A stretch of DNA of 64,000 nt from Eledone cirrhosa. Its lineage: Eukaryota. The notes beneath the pieces were generated by a model. It searched no databases. It saw only the letters and a program-made list of their open reading frames with translations, and was not told where the DNA came from. The stretch covers positions 12,152,001 through 12,216,000 of the forward strand of contig OZ024761.1 of NCBI GenBank assembly GCA_964016885.1. The letters are read 5' to 3'. How positions within the stretch are numbered: the first letter of the stretch is position 1; every line of letters starts with the position of its first letter. Positions 1 through 35,427 of the stretch are shown in pieces. The translations under genes and the position numbers were made by a program.

Positions 1-870
1 TCGCAAGATTACTGTCTAGGAAAAGATACCACAGTAGTTTTACTTTTTAAGATATATTTATCAAACTTGGGTCAGTTTGTCTTCATGACTTGTTCTTTCG
101 ATCTCACTCAATAAACCCGCCATTGGCTTTGATGACAGCCTCAAGGCGGCCTTGGAACCGGCTACAGGCCTTCGTCACTGTCCCCCGACTTAGGCCCCTA
201 AAGGCACTTGTGGTCCTGGCCTTCAGATCGTCTTTCGTATTGCAGCTAGATCTGTTGGTGTCTCGTTCCACTGCGCCCCACACAAAGAAGTTGAGGGGGT
301 TGCAGTCAGGCGAGCTGAGAGGCCAGATGTCAGGTGAAGTGTGGTCGACGAAGTTTTCTGACAGCCAGGCTTGGGTCTTTCGGCTGGTATGGCAGGGCGC
401 TGAGTCTTGCTGCCACACGTACGGCCTACCTGCAGCTACCTGGTCGATCCAGGGCTTTACTACCTCGCTCAGAATGCGGATGTAGCCATCAGTGTTCAGC
501 TTGAGGCCCTCAGGGAAGAAGTGAGGTGGCATGATGTCACCTTGACTGCTGACGACACCTAAGACCAATGTTGTCGCTGGAAACTGTGTCTGCATGACTC
601 TGGGCACGTCTTTGGATGAGACAGCGAGCCACCTGTTATTCTGGGAGTTGATCTTCTGGTCTTTATTTGTCCTCCAGGTGCGGATTCCAAGAAGAACTCC
701 GTGTCTCTTCCACAAATTTGGAGGTTCAAACTTATTCATAATCAATTATTCTGAAAATAAATAATGGAAATATAGTCACTGTTTTTATGAAGACAAGAGT
801 GACAATGGAAGTAAAAAAAACTTTGCATAAAATTAGCAGTTGAAAATTGCGAACAAATATCGTCCACACC

Positions 871-873
<3 letters not shown>
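1..873 (-). mobile_element. Tc1/mariner DD37D (maT-type) DNA transposon, internally deleted and inactive
   Basis: ORF 104-745 has WQQDSAPCH...SPDCNPL(N)F with 37 residues between the catalytic positions. The third D is mutated to N and the first-D region is missing. The terminus CAGGGTGTGGACGATATTTGTTCGCAA at 847-873 abuts (TA)n, and the window start (tcgcaa..actg) resembles the inner part of the other TIR. Confidence 0.88.
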
Positions 874-920
<47 letters not shown>

Positions 921-1177
921 AAGGTATATATTGAGTTAGAAACTCAAAATAGTCTCTTACAATTAAATAGCTCAAGGAAAGAGATTTTTCCAGGCTGTGT
1001 AATATAATTGAATATAAAAGAGAGATAAACACAGATATATACATATATGTTCAAATTGTAAGGGACCAGATTCGCTAGGGTGAAAAAAATACTAACTATG
1101 AACAATAGGGTTTGCCAGATAAAATAATAAATCAAGAAAAGAAATACAGTTGCCCGAATTTGGGGCAACTACCAGAC

Positions 1178-1256
1178 AGCCAGACAGCTTTTGGCAATAC
1201 TGTTTCGCAATTCTAGTGAAGGGAATTATCAATTCTTTTACTCATCAGTGGTTGTA
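1178..1256 (-). ncRNA. Type-I hammerhead ribozyme-like motif (slightly degenerate)
   Basis: Reverse complement reads CAACCA CTGATGA [stem II] GAAA CAG..CTG TC^ TGGCTG. Confidence 0.5.
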
Positions 1257-1616
1257 AAATTAGTAAACCCTTCACTTCTAAGTATCTCAGAAGACTGAAT
1301 AGTGTACGCATATAAAATGACGCACCTGGCATCAGAACCTAGCTTGTCTCATAAACGTACGCTACTAAAAGTAGCAGCCAAGTTTACTCGTCATTTAAAT
1401 TAGTTCTACAAATTCAAGAAGCCAAATATATCAAAGGTATATATTGAGTTATGATTTGAACACATATATGTGTTTATCTGCGCTTATCTCTCTTTTATAT
1501 TCAATTATATATATATATATATATATTTCAAACCCACTCACTGTTTCAAAAATATTCTTACTTGACATTACAGTCGCTAAGTTTATAGCTTCTAATTTGA
1601 ATGGAAAAAGACGGGT

Positions 1617-1688
1617 GATGTGTTGGTGTAAATGGTAGCACAGTGGTCCGGATAACCAAAGATGTGGGTTCGACTCCCATGTACGTCA
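1617..1688 (+). pseudogene. tRNA-like sequence (SINE head or pseudo-tRNA)
   Basis: 72-nt cloverleaf: D arm gtg-taaatggtag-cac, anticodon arm tggt-CCGGATA-acca, T arm gtggg-TTCGACT-cccat. Non-canonical positions argue against a functional tRNA. Confidence 0.55.
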
Positions 1689-1791
1689 ATACACATCTTT
1701 TTCCATTTCTCCGAGGGTTCTTAACCCCACTATCAGGCTAAATAATTTCTTTAATTTCTTTAGTCAAAATACGGCGATAGCTAACATTTAT

Positions 1792-1849
<58 letters not shown>

Positions 1850-1959
1850 TGTTGTTACAGCTCACACTTATGCAGGTTTAGCTGGCCTCCTCCAAGGTAT
1901 ATCCCATCGGAGGTCTCTTGGGTGTTTTAATGATAGGGACCCCAGTCCCTATCATCTCA

Positions 1960-2097
1960 TTTCAACAGCTGAGTAAACTGGAGCAATGTGAAATAAAGTG
2001 TCTTGCTCAAGGAAACAACACATCACCCGGTCCGAGAATTGAACTCACAACCTTTCGATTGCAAGCCCAATGCTCTAACCACTAAGCCATGTGCCTT
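1960..2097 (-). mobile_element. tRNA-derived SINE, family A (core ccttgagcaagacactttatttcac). Other copies at ~17410-17530, 18976-19190, 27050-27190(-), 54053-54270
   Basis: A/B-box head (TGGCTTAGTGG...GTTCAATTC) plus a shared core in five or more copies in the window. Confidence 0.8.
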
Positions 2098-2234
2098 CAC
2101 ACACACACATATAAGCAAAGGGATATTTAATTTGTTGGTAATTCAACAAATATAAATGTTTATAACAGATTCGAAGCACTCGACAGATTTTCTGGAGTAT
2201 AATATCAATAATATTAATAAATGGAAACTATATT

Positions 2235-2479
2235 TATAAAACATATTTATTCTATTATATATATTTCAAGGGTACCAAAACTTTGGTACGCCCTCATCAG
2301 ATAAAATACAGAGCTTGTTTTATAAATATTGACATATCAACGGTTCAAGTTTTACCAGGTAAAACTTGAACCGTTGATATGTCAATATTTCTAAAACAAG
2401 CTCTGTATTTTATCTGATGAGAGCGTACCAAAGTTTTGGTACCCTTGAAATATATATAATAGAATAAATATGTTTTATA
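2235..2479. repeat. 245-bp palindrome (centre 2357) with a hammerhead in each arm; Penelope-like pseudo-LTR remnant
   Basis: The arms are reverse complements with about two mismatches. Confidence 0.92.
2406..2466 (+). ncRNA. Minimal type-I hammerhead ribozyme (mirror copy on - strand at 2248-2308)
   Basis: TATTTTAT CTGATGA [GAGCGTACCAAAGTTTTGGTACCCTT] GAAA TATATA TA^ ATAGAATA; predicted cleavage after 2458. Confidence 0.85.
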
Positions 2480-2762
2480 TATCTGGTTGGTTCTCAGGTT
2501 TATCATCGTGCGTTGTGAAACCTGGCTCAGACTGTCTCCTTTTCACATCTAAACAGAATTGGAAAGGGGGGGGGGTCCAGTTAAGAGTCTCACCTTGATC
2601 ATGAACATGAGGAAGCCATTACAGTTTGTCTGGGAAAGTTTCCCACCTGGCCTGTGATTTTGTCATGGAAGTCGTTCAGCCACCATATATGTATGATTTA
2701 TATATACACATACATATACATATATTTATATGTATATATATATGTATGTGTATGTATGTATA

Positions 2763-2800
<38 letters not shown>

Positions 2801-2884
2801 CACACACATATACATACACACACACATATGTTTATGTGTATATATAAATATATATATATTTATATATACATATATATATATATT

Positions 2885-2958
<74 letters not shown>

Positions 2959-3077
2959 CACACACACATATGTTTATGTGTATATATAAATATATATATA
3001 TATATTTATATATCATGTTTAATATAGAAATGGCTTCTAAAGGACTAAAACTGTTTCATTCAAAAGAAATCATCTTC

Positions 3078-4115
3078 ATATAATATCTCACATAACATTT
3101 ACATTACTCTATATATACTATTGTATTGTCACAGTAAAGGCTTTACCTCACATAATATCTCACATAACATTTACATTACTCTATATATACTATTGTATTT
3201 TCACAGTAAAGGCTTTACCTCACATAATATCTCACATAACATTTACATTACTCTATATATACTATTGTATTGTCACAGTAAAGGCTTTACCTCACATAAT
3301 ATCTCACATAACATTTACATTACTCTATATATACTATTGTATTTTCACAGTAAAGGCTTTACTTCACATAATATCTCACATAACATTTACATTACTCTAT
3401 ATATACTATTGTATTTTCACAGTAAAGACTTTACCTCACATAATATCTCACATAACATTTACATTACTCTATATATACTATTGTATTGTCACAGTAAAGG
3501 CTTTACCTCACATAATATCTCACATAACATTTACATTACTCTATATATACTATTGTATTTTCACAGTAAAGGCTTTACCTCACATAATATCTCACATAAC
3601 ATTTACATTACTCTATATATACTATTGTATTGTCACAGTAAAGGCTTTACCTCACATAATATCTCACATAACATTTACATTACTCTATATATACTATTGT
3701 ATTTTCACAGTAAAGGCTTTACCTCACATAATATCTCACATAACATTTACATTACTCTATATATACTATTGTATTTTCACAGTAAAAGCTTTACCTCACA
3801 TAATATCTCACATAACATTTACATTACTCTATATATACTATTGTATTTTTATGGTAAAGGCTTTACCTCACATAATATCTCACATAACATTTACATTACT
3901 CTATATATACTATTGTATTGTCACAGTAAAGGCTTTACCTCACATAATACCTCACATAACATCTACATTACTCTCTATATACTATTGTATTTTCATGGTA
4001 AAGGCTTTACCTCACATACCTTAATGTCAGTATGAGTGGCCTGTTACAGTTATTTAGAACAGAAAGAGATAAGAGAATTCTGGCTGGATACGTCCGGTTT
4101 AAATGCTAAAGGCTT
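3078..4115 (+). repeat. 72-bp minisatellite (~13 copies) expanded inside a TTAA-type MITE
   Basis: Unit cataatatctcacataacatttacattactctatatatactattgtattttcacagtaaaggctttacctca; the element ends taaatgctaaaggcTTAA at ~4117. Confidence 0.9.
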
Positions 4116-4489
4116 AATCTTAATATATATATATATATATATTTGCTTAAACTTTAATCTGTTATTTTAATAAATAAATATATATATATATATATATATA
4201 ACGGCGATAAATTAGTTTTGCGAGGTTTTTTACATGAAATCGTGTCGAAACAAATATTGTTATACTTGGGGAGGGTCATATTTGGGTAATAATATTGCCA
4301 GAATTAATAACAGAACACACTCACTGTTTGGTTGGTTTTCGCTTCTGTGTCTTTTATATCGGTTAATTTAATTTATTCGGTCCTCAATGTTGCCATTGAC
4401 TGACCAATATATATATATATACAGTTGGATTCTTGTCTAAGTGTTTATCCATAAATTGAAAGGATGAAGAGCCTGGGCAGTTTCAATTC

Positions 4490-4750
4490 TAAATGAAAGA
4501 CCCTGTCTATGCCATTAACCCTTTCATTACTATATTTCTAATGAAAGACACTGTCTATATCATTAACCCTTTCATTACCATATTTCTAATGAAAGACACT
4601 GTCTATGTCCTTAACCCTTTCATTACCATATTTCTAATGACACTGTCTATGTCATTAACCCTTTCATTACCATATTTCTAATGAAAGACACTGTCTATGT
4701 CGTTAACCCTTTCATTACCATATTTCTAATGAAAGACACTGTCTATGTCT
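4490..4750 (+). repeat. 48-bp minisatellite (~5 copies), same unit as 23174-23920
   Basis: Unit ttaaccctttcattaccatatttctaatgaaagacactgtctatgtca. Confidence 0.9.
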
Positions 4751-5015
4751 ATATATATATAGATATATATACAGTTCCATACGATCATCAAATGGAACAA
4801 AACCATCTAGCCCATGGTAGCGTGGAAGATAGATGTTATACAATGATGATGATGACATGTAAACATATCAAATAGATGTATTTTCCTGGAAGTTTTACCA
4901 TATTTCTAATGAAAATCACTGCCTATGATTTTCAGATAATTTTGAAACTAATCGTTGATCTGCAAAGATTTAGTAATATAACTATAATTTTATTCTCTTT
5001 CTTATTTCTTTTCAG

Positions 5016-27487
<22,472 letters not shown>

Positions 27488-27842
27488 CCACAAGCTGTGG
27501 TGCAGCGGGGACTAAGGACCTAAGGGAGCTAGTGGTGGTGGTGATGGAAGAGGATGGATGGAGGAGGAGGAGGACGGAGTTTGGTTTGTTGTCCTCCTTC
27601 TGTAAAGTTTAAATGTCATCGTTATCATCATCATCATCATCATCATCATCGTCGTCGTTGTTGTTGTTGTTGTTGTTGTTGTCGCTGTCATCATTTCTGT
27701 CATCGCAACAGTGATATTATGTGACATCCAAGACTACGCTGAACTGAAGAACACATACCTCACCTTTCATATTGGCAGAGGAGACAGGGAACTTCCACAC
27801 CAGACTAAAACAACCCCCCAGGGCTGGGGGTAACTTTGATGA

Positions 27843-28078
27843 GTGGTAGAGGTGGTGGTAGAGGCGGTGGTAGAAGTGGTGGTAGAGGTGGTGGTAGAGG
27901 TGGTGGTAGAGGCGGTGGTAGAGGTGGTGGTAGAGGTGGGGGTAGAGGCGGTGGTAGAGGCGGTGGTAGAAGCGGTGGTAGAAGTGGTTGTAGAGGTGGG
28001 GGTAGAGGCGGGGGTAGAGGTGGTGGTAGAGGCGGGGGTAGAGGTGGTGGTAGAAGCGGTGGTAGAAGCAGTGGTATA
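27843..28078 (+). repeat. 12-bp G-rich tandem repeat (GGTGGTAGAGGY)n downstream of the CSL stop
   Basis: Direct inspection. Confidence 0.9.
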
Positions 28079-28206
28079 GGTGGTTGCTGCTGTGAGTCTA
28101 TATCTGATAGCCATGACACTAAGTCAATTGACAGCTAACTTTCAAATTGATTTATACACACACACATATATATATATATATATATCTGTATGTATATGTG
28201 TGCATG

Positions 28207-28241
<35 letters not shown>

Positions 28242-28671
28242 ATACACACACACTCCATATATATTTACACATACAATTTATACATACAATACACATCTCA
28301 TATATATATGTGTGGTAACCCCCCCCCCCTCCGTCCCTCCCTCCCTCAATGAACCCTGACATACACACAAACACACACATATATATATAAATAAATACAC
28401 ACACATGTATATATAAATACATACACACACACACATACATATATACTCACACACTCACACACACATACATATATACTTAGACACACACACACTCACACAC
28501 ACATACATATATACTTACACACACACACTGACATACAGATATGCCAAGAAGCGGACTCCCTGATGAGTATCAGAGCTGTTCACCTGTCATATGTCCCAGC
28601 TGGCTCTCACCTGCTGTCGCAGAGTAAGTGGCTGTAACCCTTTCTGTTGTGTATATATACACATATACACA

Positions 28672-28720
<49 letters not shown>

Positions 28721-30879
28721 ATATAAACTTTTCTTTGGTTTTTCTTTATAAAACTTTAAAATGCCCCACCCCACCGCACCCCCTTAATCAGCTGTTGATG
28801 ATAATAATAATAATAATAATTATTATTATTATTGTTTCTACTTTTGGCACAAGGCCAGCAATTACTCTCAGTGTATTACTGGTACTTTATTTTATCGACC
28901 CCCGTATGGATGAAAGGCAAAGTTAACCTCGGCGGGATTTGGACTCAGACCGTAAAGGGAAGTAACTCTATGCTGGAAAGCATGGTGTCCGACCCTCTAC
29001 CGATACTACCAATCCAGCGCCACAATAATAATAATGGTTTCCACCACAGGGACACGGCCAGTAGCTTGAGGGGAGGGGAAAGTCAATTAATTTTATCGAG
29101 TCCTGGAGGATGAAAGGCAAAGTTAACCTCGGCGGGATTTGAACTCAAAATGTATAGGGCCGTAACTCTATGCTATTAAGCATGTTGTCCGACGCTCTAA
29201 CGATTCTGCCAAATGGCTTCTAATTTAGGCACAAGGCCAGCAATTTTGGGGTGTGGGTGGAATAGGAAATTCAATTAAATCAACCCCCAGTACATCTCTG
29301 GTACTTTATTTTATCGACCCCTGGAGGATGAAAGACAAAGTTGACCTCGGTGGGATTTGAACTCAGAAAGTGAAGAACCTCAACTGAATGGTGAAAGGCA
29401 TTGTTGCTCCACTGATTCTTCTCATTGAGCATCAGACATGCTTTGTGGTATATAGTTACATCCCTTTACGTTGGAATCCCTCTGAGGTTCCACTCTGCCG
29501 TTCATCCTTTTGTGCTTGATAAACTAAAGTTCCAGACAAGTACCACGGCGGTTGGTAGAGTAACCCTGTGGTTCCTACTACTAGTGTTACCAAAATCCTT
29601 CTGGGTGTCCCAGGATAGGAGGATTGACAAAGTGTTTGTGTGTGTGTCTAGGTATAAGTGTGATTCTCTGGTGAAGTTAACCTGTGATAAACTAGCATCC
29701 TTTCCCAGAGTAGAATTGGTTACAGAAGGAGAGAGGGGTGGGGTGCAGGGAGAGGGGGAGTGGGGTGCAGAGATAAAGAGAGGAGGGGCTGGGGTGCAGA
29801 GATAAAGAGAGAAGGAGGGGCTGGGGTGCAGAGAGAGAGAGGGGGGAGGGTTGTTGTTAGTCAACCCAACACTTCAGTATGTTTCTCTCTCTTCAGTGTT
29901 GCCCCCCTCACCCATCAATGTCAACAGTTATTGATTTTTATGTATATTTTTATGACTGACAGACAGTATCAGTGGTAGACAGACCAACAGAAACATCATT
30001 TCCTTGGTCCCATCTGAAGATCTAGCCCTTTTGATCTGTGGGTCCTATCTGAAGAGCCAGCCCCTTTGATCTGGAGATCCAGCTCATTGGTCCCATCTCA
30101 AGATCCAGCTCCCATTAGTCCCATCTCAAGAGCCAGCCCCTTTGGTCCCATCTCAAGATCCAGCTCCCATTAGTCCCATCTGATGATCAGCTCCCTTTTT
30201 TTTTTAGTTTTTGGTTTTGTTTATCTCTGAAGTCTAGCCCTGAAAATAAAGCAACATTCCAATAGGGGGGTTGAAATTAATGACAAGATCCTTAAAGAAC
30301 TGAGTATATTTGTAAATAATTAGTTGCGATGGGGGGAAGGTTATATCATTGTTTTGTTCATATTTGCCCCTGTTTGTGTGGTTCTGTTGATAGAGAAGAA
30401 ACTCATGTTTTGATTAGGGACCTTCTGGATATTTAGGGTATTGAACCCTCTGTTCAGATTTCTGGCTAAGCTGTTTCACTACTCAGTATGTCTACTTGCT
30501 ACTGTTTGTGAGAAATTACCTTCACAGGTATGTCCACTACTATATGACCTTCCCAGGTATCTCTATTACTAAATTACCTTCTCAGGACGCTAGCTCAGCA
30601 GTTTATTAGGTACATTAGTGAACAATGACATTATGGGGACAGTTGAACTAAAAGAAGTCTCCAAAGGGTCAATTGTGACCCCCTTATATTATTGAAGGTG
30701 AGAAGCAACGGGATTTACCTGTGCACATGGCTTTAGAAATTGTATCCCATCAGATGAGATGGTTCCATTTGTAGCTACTCGAAGATTTCTTCATCATCCT
30801 CAGACATTCCCTCAGCAGATCCTGTCACAAGAAACCATCTCCAATTGTTCCAAAAAAATCCCCAAGCAAGACCAGCCAA

Positions 30880-31145
30880 GCTTATGGATATTATCCAACC
30901 ATCTTACTCAGGGGTCTTCCCCTGGGTCTCATGCCAGTTTGTTTTGCCTGTAAAATTTGTCCTGCGATTCTTTCCTGCAACATTCTAACCACATGCCCGT
31001 AATATCGGAGCTGTGATCTCTTAATTCTGAGAAGTAGTGACTCTATCTGAAGAAACTCTCTGATATCTGAGCTATACACTCTATTGAGTAACATTACTCT
31101 CCAAAACTCCTCAGAGGAACCCCATTTCTGCCGCTTGTATTCAGG
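30880..31145 (-). mobile_element. RTE LINE 3' coding fragment
   Basis: LLLRIKRSQLRYYGHVVRMLQERIAGQILQAKQTGMRPRGRP. Confidence 0.8.
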
Positions 31146-31894
31146 ATTGTATGCCCTATGTTAAATAGCCAAGTGCAGAAAGATTCTATTGAATGTGTGG
31201 TTTTTGGTTTTAGGAGTATTTTAGATAAATATAAACACTTTAACCCTGTAGTTAATTTTCTCATTATTAAGTTGGTGTTTGGAACATAACATAAAATTAT
31301 GATGGAAGGTTTTTTTAGATAAATAAAAACATTTTAACCGTTTCATTATTATATTTCTATAGAAAGACACTGTTGTTGATTATTTTGAAAATAATCAAAA
31401 ATTTGGAGGGATTTAGTAATATAACTTTCTCATTAAGCTGGTGTTTGGAACATAACTTAACAAAGATTCTTACATAGAATTATGATGGAAGGTTTAACCC
31501 TTTAGCATTTAAACTGGTCATAAATAGCCAAAATTCTCTCATCTCTTTCTGTTCAAACCGGTCGTAATTGGCAACTCATACTGACGTTAATGTATTGTTC
31601 TCAAAATAACCAATATCAAAATCATTTGATGGCAGACAAGGATACTGTTGGATAAAATCTTTGGTTCACCATATATAGACTTGTTCTTTGTCTCTTCACC
31701 TCCCCCTCTCTCTGCTCTACCACACACACACACACACACACACACACATTCCATGCTTCACTGTTGCTTTCTTCGTAGATGTTTGCATCTAAGAGGAAAT
31801 GTGTGAAATGTGGAAGAAGGCGACGACAAACCCCCAAAATGTTGTTGTTGTCCATCGGAGGGGGGGGGGGGGTCCTCATCCTCCTCTTCCTCCT

Positions 31895-32420
31895 TCCTTC
31901 CATTACATACAATGTTGGTGTTGTCCATAGGGGAGGGTTGTCAACCAGCATGGCACACCCTCCCCCTCCTCCCATTAGATACAATGTTGGTGTTGTCCAT
32001 AGGGGAGGGTTGTCAACCAGCATGGCACACCCTCCCCCTCCTCCCATTACATACAATGTTGGTGTTGTCCATAGGGGAGGGTTGTCAACCAGCATGGCAC
32101 ACCCTCCCCCTCCTCCCATTACATACAATGTTGGTGTTGTCCATAGGGGAGGGTTGTCAACCAGCATGGCACACCCTCCCCCTCCTCCCATTACATACAA
32201 TGTTGGTGTTGTCCATAGGGGAGGGTTGTCAACCAGCATGGCACACCCTCCCCCTCCTCCCATTAGATACAATGTTGGTGTTGTCCATAGGGGAGGGTTG
32301 TCAACCAGCATGACAACACCCTCTCCCTCCTTCCATTAGATACAATGTTGGTGTTGTCCATAGGGGAGGGTTGTCAACCAGCATGACAACACCCTCCCCC
32401 TCCTCCCATTACATACAATG
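31895..32420 (+). repeat. 72-bp minisatellite, ~7 copies
   Basis: Unit ccattacatacaatgttggtgttgtccataggggagggttgtcaaccagcatggcacaccctccccctcctc. Confidence 0.93.
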
Positions 32421-32736
32421 GGGGTGGGATGGATGGGAACAAAAAATAAAAACAAATAAAACAAAACAAACAACACAGGAAACTAAAAATTAAAATAAAA
32501 CTAAAACTCAAACAACAACAAGCGGGAGCTGTCATCCCCCGACTACCAGATATATCTTAAACAAAGAGAGAGAGCAGAGAAAAGATAAAATTAAAAAAAT
32601 AAAATGAAAAGAACATTTACAAAAACAACAAAAAACAAAACAAACTATTTTTTATCTTTTTTTATGAGAATATTAAAAAATCAACAAAAATAAAAGAATA
32701 TATAAAAAAGTAATTTTGATGGTTCTTGTAAATATT

Positions 32737-33087
32737 TTGTCCTATTTGACCAACACATTTTTCCTATTTCCAACAAATTTGTCCTATTTCCAACACTTTT
32801 GTCATATTTCCAACACTTTTGTCCTATTTGACCAACACATGTCCTATTTCCAACACATCTGTCCTATTTGACCAACACATCTGTCCTATTTGACCAACAC
32901 ATCTGTCCTATTTGACCAACACATTTGTTCTATTTGACCAACACATTTGTCCTATTTCCAACACATCTGTCCTATTTGACCAACACATCTGTCCTATTTC
33001 CAACACATCTGTCCTATTTGACCAACACATCTGTCCTATTTGACCAACACATCTGTCCTATTTCCAACACATCTGTCTTATTTGACC
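32737..33087 (+). repeat. 20-21-bp tandem repeat
   Basis: Unit tgtcctatttgaccaacacatc and variants. Confidence 0.88.
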
Positions 33088-34356
33088 TGATAATATTAAA
33101 TTGTATAAATTATATTATATTGACTACTATTGGCAGAGTTGGAAAACACTGTAAACCCCACTCTACCCCCATCGCACCTCACCCAACCCCCAGCTCCACC
33201 CCACTCCCACCTCGACCTCTAACCTCCATCCACCCAATCCGCATCGCACCCCCCTCATCCACCCCACACCACCCAATATATGAAGACATTCTGTTTTGGT
33301 TGGTTGGATGTTGGACAATGTTCTTCAGAGTAAAGATGGAAAACAACAAACAAACGACCCCCCCCCCATCCTTCAATCTTTTGATTTCGACTGCTGTACA
33401 ACACCCCTCCGCTCCACTTCCCTGACCACAACTTGACACAAGGTCTGGCGTTGCTGTTGGTTACTGGCGTAATAGACCCTTCAACGAAATAGATGGCAAA
33501 CCTGGGCAGAATTGTTACAACCCTGGGTTCTGGGTTAGACTACTTCGGGGTGGTCATTTCAGCTCTCTCGTTTCTCAGGTCAAATCCTGCTGAGGTCAAC
33601 TTTGCCTTTCATCCTTTTCAAGGTCAATAAATAAAAGTACCAGTCATGTATTGGGAGGGAGGGGGTGGTATTGATCCTTCCCCTCCCTCTATCTCTCTAG
33701 ATCAATAAATAAAGTACCAGTCATGTATTGGGAGGGAGGGAGGGATGGTATGTTGATCCTTCCTCCCTCTCTCTTTCTCACTCTTTCAAGGTCATTAAAT
33801 AAAGTACCAGTTATGTACTGGGATGGAGAGGTGGGATTGATCCTTTCTTCCTTCTCCTCTCTCTCTCTCTCTCTTTGTCTCTCGCTTTCACTTTATTTTC
33901 TCTTCTCTTTCTCTGGAAGTAATCGGCTGTGTTCTGACCTGGAGATAGATCGGCTCTGCCAGATTTAAAATGCCCTAGACATACCGTGTGTATGCGTTTT
34001 TCCACGGCACCCCTGCGACTCTACCGAGAGCTACAGGTTTATGGCACAACATAGTATGGCATGGCATTCATTAGAACGGTTCTTGGGTTTGGGTTGTTGT
34101 TGGTTTTTTTTTTTTTGTTCCCTACCAAACCCACAACCTCTACTGACTGTCAACATCTGACTGATAAAATGACAAGTCAGTCAATCACATTGGTGCCCCC
34201 CCCCCTCTCCCCACAGCCCCGGCGGACAGAATGGAGAAGGTGTTTCCCCAGAGGACGGCAAGGGAGACGCGCTGGCAAAGCCATTCCACCTCGCGAGGCT
34301 CACACCTGCGGCTGGTCAGCGCCTATGGTGGTGACAGGGTATCACTCTTACTTCAT

Positions 34357-34555
34357 TCCACGACCTCTACTGTCATTGACAAGGTACCAGCCACGACCTC
34401 TACCGTCATTGACAAGGTACCAGCCAAGACCTCTACCGTCATTGACAAGATACCAGCCACGACCTCTACCGTCATTGACAAGGTACCAGCCACAACCTCT
34501 ACCGTCATTGACAAGGTACCAGCCACGACCTCTACCGTCATTGACAAGGTACCAC
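34357..34555 (+). repeat. 33-bp tandem repeat, 6 copies
   Basis: Unit ccacgacctctaccgtcattgacaaggtaccag. Confidence 0.9.
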
Positions 34556-34606
34556 TCTCACTTCATTCCATATTTCATGTATTCATTGATATTTTACGCT
34601 GCCATA

Positions 34607-34612
34607 AATAAA
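34607..34612 (+). terminator. Candidate polyadenylation signal for a long (~7 kb) CSL 3' UTR
   Basis: AATAAA followed by a T-rich and then GT-rich tract (34636-34890). Other AATAAA hexamers lie upstream, so this is tentative. Confidence 0.25.
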
Positions 34613-35427
34613 ATTTATATTCTCAAGTTAAACTATCTTTCTTTTTTCTTTGTTGTGTGGCGTTGTGGTGTAGTATGTTGTGTTATGTTGTGTGGTGTTG
34701 TGGTGTTGTGGTGTAGTATGTTGTGGTGTGGTGTGGTATGTTGTGTTATGTTGTGTGGTGTCGTATGTTGTGTGGTGTGTTGTTTTGTGTTCTGCTGTGT
34801 TGATGTTGTGTTGTGTGTGTTGTTTTGTGTTGTGTGTGTTGTTTTGTGTTGTGTTGTGTTGTGTTGTGTGTGTTGTGTTGTGTTGTTAGTGTACACGAAC
34901 TTAGCAGAAGTAAGTACACAACTGATAGATCATCGTACAAGGTTTGCTGGTCACTGGTTCTGTGCAAAATATGAGTTGGTTTCAGACTTGTGGGAGATCT
35001 GCTCTACCAGAAAGCTAGGTGCCAGGATGTGTATGGATGGTGATCACTGGGTGTTTTAAGAGGAATCAGATGTGTGCAGAAGAGAAAACTGTGCTGGTAT
35101 CGACATGTGCTGTGTATGGATGATAACCACTGGATGTAAGGTTGTTGAGAGTTCCCCAGTGGAATAGTAAGGCCAAGAAAGGTGGCGAAAGCTGACCTCA
35201 AGAAAGAAGAGGAGATGGAAAAGGAAACAAATAGAGATATAATGTACAGGATGGAGAAGACTCATATGATGGTCACTTGTGGAATGTCATGATGGTCACA
35301 TGCTTTCAATGGACAAGCTAAATAAGCTAAAGCTTAGGGTCAATATATATATTGTTATTATTATTGGCATCCGTCGGTCTCAAAAGGCCATGGAACCGAT
35401 CCAGAAGAATGTTGTGTCAGCTGATGA

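Noticed and set aside
3121-4035. 304-aa ORF with a 24-aa repeat
   Set aside because: Stop-free frame of the 72-bp MITE-derived minisatellite.
27767-28138. RGG-rich, Pro-rich and Thr-rich ORFs
   Set aside because: Frames of a 12-bp tandem repeat downstream of the CSL stop.
28555-28640. CTGATGA core (also at 38910)
   Set aside because: No correctly placed GAAA or closing stem I.
34061-35059. 332-aa ORF
   Set aside because: Chance read-through of a CRE relic (antisense), a 33-bp repeat and a (TGTGT)n tract.
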